Shown piece after piece: positions 11,991 to 28,588 of a stretch of 32,000 bases of DNA. Below the pieces are notes generated by a model that saw only the letters and a program-made list of their open reading frames with translations, was not told where the DNA came from and did not search any database. The translations under genes were made by a program, and so were the position numbers. Location: the NCBI RefSeq assembly GCF_052908155.1, contig NZ_CM128601.1. The stretch is one strand, 5' to 3'. How positions within the stretch are numbered: position 1 is the first letter of the stretch; the number at the start of each line of letters is the position of its first letter.

Positions 11991-12203
11991 TCACATTGCT
12001 CTTTTTTTCTTAAGTTCTTCTCTGCTTATTAAATCTTTCACGGCCTCATCTAAGTAATTGTCTATTAAGTGATTAACTATTTCAGATGGTTTTAGTATCT
12101 CACCGGTCTTATTGCCGATTTCTAGCACTCTTCGTTTTAGCTCCAATTTTCTGTCTTCGTTGATTCTTACAGTTGTGTCTCCGCGCTTTGTTTCTTTTTT
12201 CAT
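11991..12203 (-). CDS. Small RHH-like regulator, the repressor type shared with element 1
   Basis: MKKETKRGDTTVRINEDRKLELKRRVLEIGNKTGEILKPSEIVNHLIDNYL... It differs from 9025-9237 at only a handful of residues. GAGGT SD. Confidence 0.7.
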   Translation of the reverse strand: MKKETKRGDTTVRINEDRKLELKRRVLEIGNKTGEILKPSEIVNHLIDNYLDEAVKDLISREELKKKRAM

Positions 12204-12274
12204 CAAAGTTTACCTCTATGTCCTGTCAATATATTGCTTCTTAGGAATCTTCGTATCGATAGGTAACTACTATG

Positions 12275-12457
12275 TTATTTTTTTTGGTTTCTTTGGTGGA
12301 TCATGTCTTGTTTTGCGTCGTTTAAGTAGTTTTTTATCATAAAGTGTACAACTTCCGACCATGTAACTATTTGCCCTGTTTTTTGGCTTATCTCAAGGGC
12401 TATCCTAGTAATATCCAGATATGTTGATTCTGTAATTGCTATTGCCTTTCTTTTCAT
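12275..12457 (-). CDS. Small RHH-like regulator, 60 aa, first gene of the leftward operon
   Basis: MKRKAIAITESTYLDITRIALEISQKTGQIVTWSEVVHFMIKNYL has the same strand/helix/helix layout as the other two regulators. GGAG lies 8 nt upstream. It is divergent from rep. Confidence 0.65.
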   Translation of the reverse strand: MKRKAIAITESTYLDITRIALEISQKTGQIVTWSEVVHFMIKNYLNDAKQDMIHQRNQKK

Positions 12458-12471
12458 TCGCTCATCTCCAC

Positions 12472-14572
<2,101 letters not shown>

Positions 14573-14602
14573 CTGAATTTTTAACATTGAGGAGTCTGAT
14601 TT

Positions 14603-15028
14603 ATGAATCAAATTTATGACAGTTTTCCGTTTCCTTCCCCTGAGGGTTTTACTGCAGGTATGACAATGGCGGGATTTTTTATTCACGCCACTGTCATAAA
14701 TGATGAGGAGTTAAAACCCACGGGTTCTCATTATAACCCTGAGGCTAAACCCAAATATGCCATTGTTATTGCCTATCCGTATGAGGACCGAAAATTAAAA
14801 GTCCGCCGTGAGGAGCATGAGCGATTTTCCTGTACTGAGGAGGATTTTAAATTTTTTAATTCATGTCCTGATTTGCAGGGCAAACCTGTTTATCTCACGG
14901 TGGATGTTAACTCATGGTCGACAGGCTCTGAACGTCATGGTGTCTGGTATCGTTTTATTTCCGGCTCCATGAAACGTTTTGACGGTCAGCCGCTGGGTGC
15001 ACTGCCCGCAGGTAAAGAAAAAGGCTGA
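14603..15028 (+). CDS. Putative ssDNA-binding protein (pV analogue, assigned by position), 141 aa
   Basis: A GAGGAG SD lies 8 nt upstream. It is the first gene after rep, as in Ff phages. I saw no recognisable motif, so the function rests on position only. Confidence 0.5.
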   Translation: MNQIYDSFPFPSPEGFTAGMTMAGFFIHATVINDEELKPTGSHYNPEAKPKYAIVIAYPYEDRKLKVRREEHERFSCTEEDFKFFNSCPDLQGKPVYLTVDVNSWSTGSERHGVWYRFISGSMKRFDGQPLGALPAGKEKG

Positions 15029-15032
15029 TGAT

Positions 15033-15173
15033 ATGTCTGACGCTGATTTTCTGAACTTTGTTTTATTTGCTGCGCCTGCAATGATTTTATTTTCTTCAGG
15101 TTTTGGCATCGGAATAAAACTGATTCGCGCCTGTGACTCACAAAGCATTACTGTTCAGCGTTATTATGACTGA
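15033..15173 (+). CDS. Small membrane protein, 46 aa (pVII/pIX-like minor coat candidate)
   Basis: MSDADFLNFVLFAAPAMILFSSGFGIGIKLIRA... has one hydrophobic segment and sits between the putative ssDNA-binding gene and the major coat gene. Confidence 0.5.
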   Translation: MSDADFLNFVLFAAPAMILFSSGFGIGIKLIRACDSQSITVQRYYD

Positions 15174-15336
15174 ATTTGATTTCAGCGGTGTTTTATCCGC
15201 ACTGAATTCTGGCGTACAGGACGGGGAGCTTTACTGGGCCGTTCTGTATGTCTGGATTGTCTGCTGGCTTCTTGGCTTTGGTCTTGGTGTTATTTTCACT
15301 CTGGTCTGCCGGATGTTCAGCGATGCTGTTAATTAA
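15166..15336 (+). CDS. Small membrane protein, 56 aa (pVII/pIX-like minor coat candidate)
   Basis: MTEFDFSGVLSALNSGVQDGELYWAVLYVWIVCWLLGFGLGVIFTLV... Its ATG at 15166 starts 8 nt before the end of the preceding ORF, which suggests translational coupling. Confidence 0.5.
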   Translation: MTEFDFSGVLSALNSGVQDGELYWAVLYVWIVCWLLGFGLGVIFTLVCRMFSDAVN

Positions 15337-15342
15337 TTTTAA

Positions 15343-15603
<261 letters not shown>

Positions 15604-15618
15604 TAGTTATTTAACGAC

Positions 15619-15641
15619 AGCGCCCTTCGGGGCGCTTTTTT
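15619..15641 (+). terminator. Rho-independent terminator after the major coat gene
   Basis: AGCGCCC-TTCG-GGGCGCT followed by TTTTT. It occupies the same position as the terminator after gene VIII in Ff phages. Confidence 0.8.
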
Positions 15642-15662
15642 AATCATTTCAGGAGTTTTTGC

Positions 15663-16895
15663 TTGATTCGTCTTATTTTTCCGTTTCTGTTTTTGTTCTT
15701 TTCTTCGCTTTCTTTTGCTGAGGAGAAAGAAGATCCGGATAAGCTTGTTCAGTGTTTTGGCCGTTTCAACTGCAGAACAGCTTATTCAGATGCGGGAGCA
15801 TCGATTAAATTAGCCAGGGGAGCTGGTCATATTTATTGTGGTTCCAGTGGTTACGACGCGTGCTCCGGAATAATTCATTATTGCGGTAGTAAGCTATCAG
15901 ACTCGTCTAGCGCGCCTTCCACCGTTGGGGTTTTTGTCCATGCCCGGTGGTCCGCATATAAAGTCTGGGATTTAGAGAAGCGAGAGTGGGAAACCTGCAC
16001 TCTTGATTTTCAGGGTGGTGAGGGGGATTTGACACCTGAATATAATAAGCCGCCAACTGACGAGATTTGTCTTTCTCGTCCGGTTCTTGATGGTATGACT
16101 TTTCCTGGTGTTTATAAAGGTGATGACGGGACCCGTTATGTTAATGTGCAGGGGTGTATTTATGAGGCAACCGGCAATCCTTTTATTTGTAATCCCGATG
16201 ATGATACGGTTTGTACTGCCAACTGGAAACCAGTTGCTGTAGATCCTGCATTCTCCGATGATAAGGAGGATGGCGGTAGCTCAGGTGGTGGTAACTCAGG
16301 CGGCGGCAGCTCAGGTGGTGGCAGTTCTGGCGGTGGCAGCTCTGGCGGTGGCAGCTCAGGTGGTGGTAACTCAGGCGGCGGCAGCTCAGGTGGTGGTAAC
16401 TCAGGCGGTGGCAGTTCCTCCGGCGATGGCTGGCTTGGTGATATTCTTGGCTGGTTGCAGCGTATTTGGGTTTCAGTGAATGATTTGAATAGTTTCTTTT
16501 CTTTTTCTCAGGCTGATGTAAATAATTCACTGAATACTTTTGATGACCAGCTGTCTGATATTGTTAAAAATGAATCGGGTGATTCATCAAATGATTATGA
16601 TTCTTTAATCTCTCAGTTTATTGATAAGCTACCTAAGGAGTGGTTATTTATTGATTTCGACAAGTTATTTTTTCCTGGTAATCATCGTTCTGATGGGGCT
16701 CAGCCACTTGAGGTTGATTTTTCATTTTATCTTCCGGTGATTGGGACTGTACATTTTACAGTTGACACATCCGATTTTTCATCAGCTTATTATTTGTTGT
16801 TAAGGCCTGTTCTGGAATATTTTATTTATGCACTTACTGTTTTTCGTCTTTATTTTGTTTACCGTCGCGCCCTGATGCGTCATGCTGAGGTTTAG
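15663..16895 (+). CDS. pIII-like adsorption / minor coat protein, 410 aa
   Basis: TTG start with AGGAG 7 nt upstream. Signal peptide, Cys-rich N-terminal domain, a long (GGGS/NS)n linker and a C-terminal hydrophobic anchor (YFIYALTVFRLYFVY). Confidence 0.75.
   Translation: MIRLIFPFLFLFFSSLSFAEEKEDPDKLVQCFGRFNCRTAYSDAGASIKLARGAGHIYCGSSGYDACSGIIHYCGSKLSDSSSAPSTVGVFVHARWSAYKVWDLEKREWETCTLDFQGGEGDLTPEYNKPPTDEICLSRPVLDGMTFPGVYKGDDGTRYVNVQGCIYEATGNPFICNPDDDTVCTANWKPVAVDPAFSDDKEDGGSSGGGNSGGGSSGGGSSGGGSSGGGSSGGGNSGGGSSGGGNSGGGSSSGDGWLGDILGWLQRIWVSVNDLNSFFSFSQADVNNSLNTFDDQLSDIVKNESGDSSNDYDSLISQFIDKLPKEWLFIDFDKLFFPGNHRSDGAQPLEVDFSFYLPVIGTVHFTVDTSDFSSAYYLLLRPVLEYFIYALTVFRLYFVYRRALMRHAEV
16270..16425 (+). 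repeat. About ten tandem 15-nt units encoding the GGGSS/GGGNS linker of the pIII-like protein
   Basis: Imperfect repeats of GGTGGTGGTAACTCA / GGCGGCGGCAGCTCA. Confidence 0.8.
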
Positions 16896-16897
16896 TT

Positions 16898-17260
16898 ATG
16901 GTTGTTTTTATTAATTTCATTTATTCTTTTGTGCTTATTATTTTCAGGAGGCTGCTACCTTTCCTCAGAAATAAGTTTCCTTCTGCTTTTTCTTATGCGG
17001 GTACATTAACGTATCTTTTTATGTCGATTTCTCTTGCTGTAAGTTTTATTATTGCAGCAAACTCTGTTATTGATACTGTTTCTTCTTCTGCTGTTATGAA
17101 CAGGTACCTTATTATTGCGTTCAGCTATTTACCCCATAACTTTACATTTTGCGCAAATCTCATTATCGCCGCTGATTTTATTTCTTTTCTTTTTCACTCA
17201 AAGGAACGTATTTATCGATATATTCGCTTGTTTATATCAGGGAAAATACCGGGAGGCTAA
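16898..17260 (+). CDS. pVI-like membrane protein, 120 aa
   Basis: Multi-span hydrophobic protein immediately after the pIII-like gene, with a GAGG SD. Function assigned by position. Confidence 0.6.
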   Translation: MVVFINFIYSFVLIIFRRLLPFLRNKFPSAFSYAGTLTYLFMSISLAVSFIIAANSVIDTVSSSAVMNRYLIIAFSYLPHNFTFCANLIIAADFISFLFHSKERIYRYIRLFISGKIPGG

Positions 17261-18475
<1,215 letters not shown>

Positions 18476-18555
18476 GACAGAAGAGATACCGCTCGCCGCA
18501 AGTTTATGACCGAACGTAGTGAGCGAATAAACGAGGAAGCGGAATGTCTTCATGA

Positions 18556-19809
<1,254 letters not shown>

Positions 19810-19862
19810 GTGCCGACCGGGATTATCAGGACGCGGCATCTCAGTTTACCCACCACAACGTC

Positions 19863-19890
19863 AGTGCGCATAATGTATATTATGTTAAAT
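19863..19890 (+). other. dif: dif, the XerCD chromosome dimer-resolution site (regenerated at the right prophage junction)
   Basis: AGTGCGCATAA-TGTATA-TTATGTTAAAT matches the E. coli dif consensus GGTGCGCATAATGTATATTATGTTAAAT at 27 of 28 positions. Only the first base differs. Confidence 0.9.
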
Positions 19891-20182
19891 ATGATGGGTT
19901 TGTTCTTAAGTTCATGTGTTCCGCTCTTTCAGTAGCTTAACTGATGAATCAGTCAGCAGCTCTTGCCGTGCAAGCTACGCGGCGGTTCGTACCAGATTGG
20001 CCACCTCCATCTCCTGGTTCGCTTTCCCCTCCCCCCGGTAAACCTCACCCAACGTTAATTAATGATGTCAGTATGTGGGCGCTATCCTTGTATGTAAAAT
20101 CCACTGACGATTACGCCCATCTGTGAAAAAAACTCACAATGCCATTCGATGCATCTCCATACTGAACGAGGCGTTATCGTCT

Positions 20183-21082
20183 TTATCGCCCCGTAGTGGA
20201 TATCAGAAAATCAATCAGGGCCTTCACTCTTTTCGTTTTACCCGCGTTTTTGGGGTAATAGAGATACACTGGCGGGTAGGTTTTCCAGTAGCTCTCCATC
20301 ACCGGAATAAAGCGCTCCCTGTCCGGCTGTAACTGCCAGACAGGCTCAAACAAGCGCCCAATTCCCAGCCCGTTACGGATCCCGTCTGCCATAACGTCAA
20401 TATCGTTGCTGATTAACTGCCCCGGCATCTCAACGGTCAACTGCTCACCGCGATCGTTCAGGAGCAGCGGAAGGATGCGGTTGTTGGTGATAAAACGGTA
20501 ACCAATCAGCTGGTGATGACAGAGATCTGCCGGCACTTCAGGCGTTCCATGTCGGGAGAGATACGCTGAGGATGCATATAATCCTTCACGAAACGGTTTC
20601 ATTAACGGTCGGGCCACCACCCCTCCCTCAAGAATATCGCCAAAACGGATCCCCAGATCAAAACCCTCTTTGATGATATTCACGGTACCGTCGTAGACCG
20701 AAATTTCTAACTGTATACCCGGATATTGCTGACAGAATTCTGCCATCGCAGGCTTAAGAATTAACAGGTAGGCAAAACGCGAGAGCGTAATTCGCACCAT
20801 CCCAGAGGGCTCCTGATGCTGGTCGCGAATGCTTTCAAGTGAGTTTTCCAGCGACTCCACCGCCGCAGCGGTCTGTTCCAGCAATAATTGACCGGTTTCC
20901 GTCAGCTCTATACGGCGGGTCGTACGCACAAAAAGCGGATGGCCGATATACTCTTCCAGCAGCTTTAGTGCATTGCTGACGGAGGGAGGCGTAATTTCCA
21001 GTTTCCTTGCGGCTGCCGAAATATTGCCCTCCCGCGCAATGCTCTGGAAGATGCGAATCTGGTTATAAAGAGCGTTATTCAT
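20183..21082 (-). CDS. LysR-family transcriptional regulator
   Basis: N-terminal wHTH (IFQSIAREGNISAAARKLEITPPSVSNALKLLE) plus a substrate-binding domain. It is divergent from the operon starting at 21219. Confidence 0.9.
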   Translation of the reverse strand: MNNALYNQIRIFQSIAREGNISAAARKLEITPPSVSNALKLLEEYIGHPLFVRTTRRIELTETGQLLLEQTAAAVESLENSLESIRDQHQEPSGMVRITLSRFAYLLILKPAMAEFCQQYPGIQLEISVYDGTVNIIKEGFDLGIRFGDILEGGVVARPLMKPFREGLYASSAYLSRHGTPEVPADLCHHQLIGYRFITNNRILPLLLNDRGEQLTVEMPGQLISNDIDVMADGIRNGLGIGRLFEPVWQLQPDRERFIPVMESYWKTYPPVYLYYPKNAGKTKRVKALIDFLISTTGR

Positions 21083-21218
21083 AATGTTTTCCTAAAGCAA
21101 TTCTCGCCTGATTATTAAGTACAGTCTAAAAATGCTTAAGTCAATGACCCTCTAATCTTCCTGAAATACGCCTCTTATACTTTAGTCTCTTTCTACTACG
21201 ACCTGAGTTCAGGAGACT

Positions 21219-21530
21219 ATGATGCGAATTTTATGTCTGGATATCCCTGCCCCTGGAGCATCGCTGGAGAAATATGCTCCGCACCTCAACGCTGAAGCGC
21301 TGCACGCCTGGGGATTGTATAAATCAGGCTTCATCCGCGACATCTACTTCCGTCAGGACAGACCTGGCGTCGCTATTTTTCTTGAATGTGACTCTGTCGA
21401 TGAAGCGATGAACGTTATGGCCGAATTCCCGTTGGCAAAAGCAGGCTTACTAAGCTTCGAGTGTATACCGCTTGGCTCCTTTATTAACTGGGAAAATCTC
21501 TTCGCCGATGAATTTAAAAATAAAGAGTGA
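21219..21530 (+). CDS. Small ferredoxin-fold protein, muconolactone-isomerase-like (tentative)
   Basis: 103 aa. The pattern of conserved W/G/R, FLECDSVDEAMNVMAEFPL and PLGSF resembles muconolactone delta-isomerase-type proteins. GGAG SD. Confidence 0.5.
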   Translation: MMRILCLDIPAPGASLEKYAPHLNAEALHAWGLYKSGFIRDIYFRQDRPGVAIFLECDSVDEAMNVMAEFPLAKAGLLSFECIPLGSFINWENLFADEFKNKE

Positions 21531-21538
21531 GGACCGAT

Positions 21539-22226
21539 ATGAAACCTGCATATAAACCAGTGCTATGTGTCGTTTCCAGCCATCCGATTAAAGGCGCATC
21601 CGGTGTACCAACCGGTTTTTTCCTGGCCGAGCTGACTCATCCGCTGAAAGTACTGGAAGATGCCGGAATAAAAACAACAATAGCCAGTATTCGCGGGGGG
21701 CAGCCACCGGTGGATGGATTTGACCTCAGCGACCCTGTTAACGCCTGGTACTGGAACGAAACCGATTTTCAGCAGCGCCTGGCAACAACCTGCGTTATCC
21801 GAGCTGAAAGGTGCCGATTACAGCGCAGTTTTCTTTGCAGGTGGTCATGGGACCATGTGGGATTTCCGTGATAATCAGGATGCCCAGCGTATTATCCGCG
21901 AAGTGTATGAAAGTGATGGGATTGTCTCAGCCGTCTGCCACGGGCCTGCGGCATTGGTTGACGCAAAACTCAGTAGCGGCGAATACCTGATAAAAGGGAA
22001 AAATGTGGCGGCCTTTACCAACAAGGAAGAGGAAGAAGTTCACACAACAGATGTGGTTCCCTTCCTGCTTGAAACCGCACTTCGCGAGCATGGTGCGCTT
22101 TATCATGAAGCTCCAAACTGGTCTGAAAACGTGGTTACCGACGATCGCCTTATCACGGGGCAGAATCCCGCTTCAGCACATGGGGTTGGTGTGGCGCTGT
22201 TAAATGCACTCCGCCGGACAGCTTAA
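21539..22226 (+). pseudogene. DJ-1/PfpI (class I glutamine amidotransferase-like) protein, frameshifted
   Basis: The N-terminal 80-odd codons are in one frame (to ..FQQRLATT) and the rest is in another (..LSELKGADYSAVFFAGGHG ... AVCHGPAAL nucleophile elbow). The frame change lies near 21785. Confidence 0.75.
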
Positions 22227-22263
22227 TTAATTCATCGTTACTCACCTTACTTGGCCGGTTTAA

Positions 22264-25206
<2,943 letters not shown>

Positions 25207-25308
25207 AGCCCGTCCGGAACAGACTGTCATGAATGACACACACGAACGGGCTGTTCCGGGTGATTCTAATCTGTATCACTTTTACTGCTTTGTATGAATG
25301 GTGAGAAT

Positions 25309-25987
25309 ATGAAAATCATTTGCCTCGAAGAAAATTATCTCGACAGCGAGTTAGGGCGAGCGTGTATGCCTGTTGCGCTTGAGCAGGCACCTTTCCTTGG
25401 CGACTGGGGGAAAACCGTCGCTGATGGTCATAATCCTGACCGACTCCCTGCTTTCCCGCTTTAATAAACTGAATGTGCCACTCTATCTTCATCCCGGGTT
25501 ACCGCTTAAAAGCGTACAGCAGGCCTACTTCACGGGCTTCAGCGCAGAGGTCAACGCCAGGCTTTCTATGTTTGCCTGGGGCTGGCATCACGAAGCGGGG
25601 ATCCATTTGTTGCGGCTGATGTTATCGGGTGCATTTGATAAATATCCCCACTTGCAGGTAATCAGTGGCCACTGGGGGGAGATGTTACCCTTCTGGCTCC
25701 AGCGTCTTGATGACAGCCTACCACTGGCTGCAACGGGTCTGTCACGCACGCTAACGAGAACCTTCCAGGAACACGTTTACGTTACCCCGTCAGGTATGCT
25801 GACACTGCCGCACTTCAAGTTTATCTACGAGTTAATGGGGGCAGAAAGGATCCTGTTCTCCGTCGATTATCCCTATCAGACCCTGGACGGTGTAAAAACC
25901 TTTATAGACAGTCTGCCCGTCAACAAGGCTGAAAAAGAGGCCATCGCATTTCGCAATGCAGAACGTTTACTGTGCATCACGGCGTAG
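25309..25987 (+). pseudogene. Amidohydrolase-2 (ACMSD-like) family protein with an internal deletion or frameshift
   Basis: The N-terminus MKIICLEENYLDS... stops after 51 codons. The C-terminal roughly 185 residues (..VPLYLHPG.., ..SGHWGE.., ..FSVDYPY..) are in another frame. About 100 central residues expected for the family appear to be missing. Confidence 0.65.
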
Positions 25988-26137
25988 TTCACGGGGTCGT
26001 GATGACCGGTACAATGAGAACAGTTGACCATTATTAGTTTTTGTCTAAAAGTGAATAAGTCTTTACTGCTCTAAAAAAAATAATGGTGTCACTCTATACT
26101 GGGTTAAACATTCACCAAATATAATTAACTCATTGAA

Positions 26138-26710
26138 ATGAAAAATATCCTTATTGTTTCAGGCCATCCTGAGCTTACCCATTCCGTCGCCAATGCCACG
26201 ATCCTTGATGAAGTGGCGACCGCCCTTCCCGATGCTGAAATTCGTCGTCTGGACTGGCTCTATCCGGACGGCAAATTCAATATCGCTGCGGAGCAGGAAA
26301 GCCTGCTCAGGGCCGATGTGATTGTCTGGCAGTTTCCTTTTTCCTGGTATGGGCTGCCCGGGTTAATGAAACAATGGCTGGACGAGGTCTTTGTCCACGG
26401 CTTCGCGCATGGCTCAACGGCGAAACTGGGCGGTAAAAAGCTGATCCTCTCCTTTACAACGGGAGCGCCAGAGGAGCTCTATACCGTCGACAGTTTCTTT
26501 GGCCATACCATTGAAGAGTATCTTATTCCGTTCGAAACCACGGCAAGGCTGTGCAATCTTGAGCTGCTGGCGCCGGTTTATACCTGCGGTATCAGCTATG
26601 CCGATCGGGATGCCGACAAACTCGCGCAGCAAAAAACGCTTGCCTGGGAACACGCTTCAAGGCTTGTCGATCTGCTCAATTCCGTCGTGAATAATCCAGA
26701 GGGAGAATAA
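26138..26710 (+). CDS. Flavodoxin-like-fold NAD(P)H:quinone oxidoreductase (KefF / MdaB / GSP14-like)
   Basis: MKNILIVSGHPE..S.AN... and WQFPFSWYGLPGLMKQWLDEV are typical of Flavodoxin_2 family proteins. Confidence 0.8.
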   Translation: MKNILIVSGHPELTHSVANATILDEVATALPDAEIRRLDWLYPDGKFNIAAEQESLLRADVIVWQFPFSWYGLPGLMKQWLDEVFVHGFAHGSTAKLGGKKLILSFTTGAPEELYTVDSFFGHTIEEYLIPFETTARLCNLELLAPVYTCGISYADRDADKLAQQKTLAWEHASRLVDLLNSVVNNPEGE

Positions 26711-26712
26711 CA

Positions 26713-27732
26713 ATGCAGTATACCCGGCTCGGTAAAAGTGACTTACTTGTTTCCCGCATCTGCATGGGATGCATGGGGTTTGGCGATCCGTCGACGGGTC
26801 AGCATAGCTGGACGCTGGACGAAACAGCAAGCCGCGACATCATTCGCTATGGCCTTGAAAAGGGCATCAACTTTTACGATACCGCTATAGCCTACCAGAA
26901 TGGCTCCAGTGAGCGATACGTTGGCCGGGCATTACGGGAGATGGCGAAACGCGATGATATCGTCCTGGCCACCAAGTTTCTGCCGCGAACCCCCGCACAA
27001 ATTGCCGGAGGGATCAGCGGAAAAGAGGCAATCGCTCAATCCCTTGACCAGAGCCTGAAGAATCTGGGGATGGACTATATCGACCTCTACATCTACCACA
27101 TCTGGGATTACAACACGCCCATTATCGACGTGCTTGAAGCGTTACATACCGCTGTTACTGCTGGCAAAGTACGAGCTGTTGGTATTTCAAACTGCTATGC
27201 CTGGCAGCTGGCGAAGGCGAACGCCCTTGCTGAACGCGAAGGGCTGACGCCCTTTGTTTCCGTACAGAGCCACTACAATCTAATTATGCGCGAAGATGAA
27301 CGGGAGCTCTTCGGCCTGTGCACTGAGGATAATATCGCAATGACCCCCTATAGCGCGCTGGCCAGCGGCCGCCTCTCTCGTAAAGAAGGCTATACACGGC
27401 GAGCCACAGAGGATGACTATGCGCGTGGAAAATATGACAGCACGGCTGAACAGGATCGCAGCATTATTGAGCGTGTAGCCGAACTGGCCGAACGTCATCT
27501 GGTGTCAATGACGGAAATATCTCTCGCTTGGCTGCTGACAAAAGTCACATCACCTGTCGTAGGGGCTACAAAAAAAGCTCATGTCGATGGCGCGGTAAAC
27601 GCAGTAAATCTTCAACTAAGTCCGGAGGAAATTCAGTTTCTGGAAGAAACCTACCAGCCGCATGTTCTGACGGGGATCATGGCGCAAAATACGCCGCAAA
27701 CGAAAGATGTTAAGCAGGTCTGGATGCGATAG
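26713..27732 (+). CDS. Aldo-keto reductase (Tas/YajO-like), 339 aa
   Basis: LGCMGFG.., FYDTAIAYQNGSSERYVG, ATKF, YIYHIWD, GISNC. GGGAGA SD. It starts 2 nt after the upstream stop. Confidence 0.85.
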   Translation: MQYTRLGKSDLLVSRICMGCMGFGDPSTGQHSWTLDETASRDIIRYGLEKGINFYDTAIAYQNGSSERYVGRALREMAKRDDIVLATKFLPRTPAQIAGGISGKEAIAQSLDQSLKNLGMDYIDLYIYHIWDYNTPIIDVLEALHTAVTAGKVRAVGISNCYAWQLAKANALAEREGLTPFVSVQSHYNLIMREDERELFGLCTEDNIAMTPYSALASGRLSRKEGYTRRATEDDYARGKYDSTAEQDRSIIERVAELAERHLVSMTEISLAWLLTKVTSPVVGATKKAHVDGAVNAVNLQLSPEEIQFLEETYQPHVLTGIMAQNTPQTKDVKQVWMR

Positions 27733-27847
27733 CCCTTATTCACTTTTCCTCCTCTCGTCTTTGAGAGCGCCAGTAGCGGTCGGTTACGTTCTTACCAGCA
27801 CCAGTTGATCGAACGTCTTAAACAGTAATGTCAGTAAAAAGATCATC

Positions 27848-28573
27848 GTGAAAAAGACTTTTATGCTTTTAATTTGCATGCTAATAAGCAGCCCTGTCTT
27901 TGCAACAAAACCGGACGCGCCGAATAAGCCGGAGATGAATATCTTCGAGCTCGGCATCAGACCCGATCGGGACAACGACTTTGCAGACGTGGCCAGACAG
28001 ACGATTTCCGCTTCGGTTGATCATGAAGCAGGTACACTGGCGATGTATGCCCTGCAACGCAGCGACAATTCAGGTCAGGCATTCATGTTCGAACTCTATG
28101 AAAATGAGCGTGCTTATCGCAAACATCTCAATGCCGCCCCATACAAAGCATTCGCTGCTCGTGCACCTGACATTATTGACAGGAAGAAGAAAATTACCCT
28201 GGAGCCACAGTTTCTGGGCGACAAACACATCATACCGAATGAACGAACTATCAATAATCTGGTGATCGTCGAAGTAAAGCCTGAATTTCAGAGCGAATTT
28301 AGAAACATCGTCCTTCCTGAAATGGTCGAGTCGCTCAAAGTAGAGAAAGGCGTGTTAGCCATGTATGCCGGTACAGATTCAGAGACTCCAAAACGCTGGT
28401 ATTTCTATGAGATTTACGCCAGTGAGGAGGATTATCAACTGCACCGACAAACGCTGCACTTCCTGGATTACCTCAGGCAAACGGCGCATATGAGCGCCAG
28501 GAAGGACGCAATCCCGGTAAAACCGGTATTTCTTCGTAACAAAGGCGGAATCAAACAGGAGCCGCAACGTTGA
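27848..28573 (+). CDS. Secreted protein with two ABM (antibiotic-biosynthesis-monooxygenase-like) domains
   Basis: Signal peptide MKKTFMLLICMLISSPVFA. Two halves each carry an ABM-like pattern (..GTLAMYALQ..FMFELYENERAYRKHL.. and ..GVLAMYAGT..YFYEIYASEEDYQLHRQT..). GTG start; the ATG at 27863 is an alternative. Confidence 0.7.
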   Translation: MKKTFMLLICMLISSPVFATKPDAPNKPEMNIFELGIRPDRDNDFADVARQTISASVDHEAGTLAMYALQRSDNSGQAFMFELYENERAYRKHLNAAPYKAFAARAPDIIDRKKKITLEPQFLGDKHIIPNERTINNLVIVEVKPEFQSEFRNIVLPEMVESLKVEKGVLAMYAGTDSETPKRWYFYEIYASEEDYQLHRQTLHFLDYLRQTAHMSARKDAIPVKPVFLRNKGGIKQEPQR

Positions 28574-28588
28574 CCAGTAAGGATTAAC

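Noticed and set aside
16183-16530. A His/Ser/Tyr/Cys-rich 115-aa antisense ORF and a 73-aa Ala/Val-rich sense-shifted ORF. The periodic repeat could also be mistaken for a CRISPR-like array.
   Set aside because: All are by-products of the 15-nt Gly/Ser linker repeat in the pIII-like gene. The units are contiguous with no spacers, so this is not CRISPR.
19944-20332. A Pro-rich 60-aa ORF and a 69-aa ORF just right of dif.
   Set aside because: They have no SD and low-complexity or odd composition. The second overlaps the LysR gene antisense.
21115-21141. Duplicated TTAAGT hexamers (21115-21120 and 21136-21141) in the LysR divergent intergenic region, considered as a LysR T-N11-A box.
   Set aside because: It is a direct rather than inverted arrangement, and the spacing does not fit the T-N11-A pattern. 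This is not enough to call a binding site.
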